From Nitrospinales bacterium (GTDB taxonomy: Bacteria; Nitrospinota; Nitrospinia; Nitrospinales; VA-1), in assembly GCA_965223345.1 (NCBI GenBank), contig CBDCWG010000012.1, positions 1-64,000 of the forward strand: DNA of 64,000 bases. Direction: 5' to 3'. The stretch's first letter is position 1. Each line of letters begins with the position of its first letter. The position numbers were made by a program, and so were the translations under genes. Shown in pieces: positions 62,214 to 64,000 of this stretch. The notes under the pieces are model-generated. The model had not been told where the DNA came from. It saw nothing but the letters and a program-made list of their open reading frames with translations, and did no database searches.

Positions 62214-64000
62214 TCACCGGGGGCTGGCCGCGATGTTGCCGCCGTCGATGGTCAGGATGGAGCCGGTGGTCTTTTCCGCCAGCGCCAGATCGAGAAACCC
62301 CTGGGCCACGTCGCTGTCGTAGACTTCCCGCTCCAGCAGGTTGTTCTTGAAATAATCGTCGGGCGACAGCCCGCGCGCGGCGGCGCGTTCTTTTATCACC
62401 TGTTCGGTGAACAGGCCGGTGCGCACGCGGTCTGCGTTGACGGCGTTGGCGCGGATGCCCTCCTTGCCGTAATCGAGGGCGTATTGCTTGGTGAGCGCGA
62501 CGACGGCGGACTTGGGCAGCGCGTAGGGGCCGAAATCCTTGCCGGGGTTGAACGCGGCTTTCGAGGCGTTGAACAGCAGCGCGCCGCCGGTCCCCTGCGC
62601 GAGAAAGATCCGCACGGCCTGCGACGCCAGGCTTTGGTGGGCGAAAAAATTGAGATCGAAACTGGCGCGCAGCTCCTGTGAGGACACGTCGCCGATCCTG
62701 CCCTGCACCGCGTTGCCGGCGTTGGAGATGAGGATGTCGAGCCCGCCGTAGGTGCGGATCAATGTCTCAAATGTTTTTGCCACAGCCGCTTCGTCGGTGA
62801 CGTCGCACACGGCGGCGGTCACGCTGGCGCCGGTGTCGTTCACCAGCGCGTCTTTGGCGGCGGCCAGGGCGTCCGCGTCGCGGTCGATGACAAACAGGTT
62901 GGCGCCGTTGACTGCGAACAGCCGCGCGGTGGCGAGGCCGATCCCCGACGCCGCGCCGGTGATCAGCACGATCTTTCCTTGCAGCTTTTTCGGTTTGTTC
63001 TTGCCGAGCTTCGCCTGCTCCAGCGACCAGTACTCCATGTCGAACAGGTCGCTCGCGTTCAGCGGCGTGTACTCGCCGACGGAATAGGCTTTGCGAATGA
63101 TGTCGATGGTGTGCTGGTAGATGTCGGCGGCGATCCGCGTTTCCTTCGTGCTCTTGCCGATGGTGACGAGCCCGGTCCCGGACACCAGCAGCACGCGCGG
63201 CAGCGGATCGAGTTCCTTTTTATCCACGCCCTTTGACTGCTTGCAGGTTTGAAAGTAGTCGCGGTAATCGGCGATGTACGCCTCAAGCGCTTTGGCGGCC
63301 TGTTCACGCAGCCTGGCCGGATCGTCCGCATCGACCCTCAACAGCATCGGCTTCTGCTTGGTGCGGATGACGTGATCGGGCGTCGCCGTTCCCACCTGCG
63401 ACCAGCGTTCGCATTCGGCGCTCTGCGAAAACGCGCGCGCCTCGGGATCCTCGCGGTGGTGCACGACCCAGGAGACGCCGCTCTCGCGCTCGTACAGGCC
63501 GCGCAGCACCGGCGCGAGCGCCGTCAACGGGTCCGCGCCGTTGCCCCCGTTTGCGGGCGTCAGCGATTTCGTTTTTTTGCCCGCTATGAACTTCTCGGCC
63601 TGCGTCACCGCTTCGATGTGCCGGTCGTAGCTCTCCTTCGCGGTCTCACCAAAGGTGAACAGGCCGTGGTTTTCCAGCAGCAGGCCTTTCACCTTGGGAT
63701 CGGCTTCGTAGGCTTCGGCGGCAGCTTTGGCGAGCAGGAAGCCGGGCATGATGTAGGGCACCCAGCCGATGGTTCCGGCAAAAATTTTCTCGCACAGGGC
63801 CTTCACGTCGGGCTGGTTGGCGATCACCAGGATCGCGTCGGCGTGCGAATGATCGACGAATTTGTGCGGCAGAAAAGCGTGCAGCAGCGTTTCCACAGAG
63901 GGGTTGGGTGAAGCGGCGTCGAGCAGGTTGATGCGCTGCTCGTTGACCATGTCTTCATCGCTGAGGCTGTCGAGGCCGCGCAGTTTGAGCAACGGTTCCA
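62214..64000 (-). CDS. Bifunctional class II aldolase/short-chain dehydrogenase (5' end outside the window)
   Basis: PSVET.LH, DHSHAD, HGL, TPDH..RTK, EYW.LEQAKL; SDR motifs TGAASGIG, NAG, YxxxK. Confidence 0.88.
   Translation of the reverse strand, partial: EPLLKLRGLDSLSDEDMVNEQRINLLDAASPNPSVETLLHAFLPHKFVDHSHADAILVIANQPDVKALCEKIFAGTIGWVPYIMPGFLLAKAAAEAYEADPKVKGLLLENHGLFTFGETAKESYDRHIEAVTQAEKFIAGKKTKSLTPANGGNGADPLTALAPVLRGLYERESGVSWVVHHREDPEARAFSQSAECERWSQVGTATPDHVIRTKQKPMLLRVDADDPARLREQAAKALEAYIADYRDYFQTCKQSKGVDKKELDPLPRVLLVSGTGLVTIGKSTKETRIAADIYQHTIDIIRKAYSVGEYTPLNASDLFDMEYWSLEQAKLGKNKPKKLQGKIVLITGAASGIGLATARLFAVNGANLFVIDRDADALAAAKDALVNDTGASVTAAVCDVTDEAAVAKTFETLIRTYGGLDILISNAGNAVQGRIGDVSSQELRASFDLNFFAHQSLASQAVRIFLAQGTGGALLFNASKAAFNPGKDFGPYALPKSAVVALTKQYALDYGKEGIRANAVNADRVRTGLFTEQVIKERAAARGLSPDDYFKNNLLEREVYDSDVAQGFLDLALAEKTTGSILTIDGGNIAASPR

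Overview
GC-rich bacterial chromosomal window of mostly housekeeping and stress genes. The gene mix resembles a Nitrospinota/deltaproteobacteria-like organism (inference only). Contents in order: Lhr helicase (three single-base frameshifts), htpX, a repeat-rich PG-binding protein, a fatty-acid hydroxylase with an inserted Ig-like segment, a PAP2 phosphatase, a lower-GC stretch with a sigma54-type promoter, an NhaR-like LysR gene divergent from two unlisted microproteins, tRNA-Glu/tRNA-Lys, ilvE, FmdB-ntrB-ntrC plus two M14 peptidase paralogues, a GAF kinase/NarL regulator/DUF1264/tetraheme cytochrome c cluster containing a structured leader RNA candidate, a tRNA methyltransferase, a 1048-aa MiaA-TPR-Slt fusion ORF, ArsR/ECF/anti-sigma/ArsM-like/SUOX genes, gnd-zwf-pgl, AhpD/DUF3179/DedA, TPR proteins, pstSCAB, a J-domain + Sel1 pair, nrdJ with NrdR boxes, a frameshifted transglutaminase-like gene, guaBA, Smr and a partial aldolase/SDR. 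No CRISPR array, integrase or transposase was seen. Best candidates for novelty: the MiaA-Slt fusion (could be a one-base artefact), the cytochrome cluster with its switch-like RNA, the hydroxylase-Ig insertion, the active/inactive M14 pair behind ntrBC, and the LysR-linked microprotein operon.
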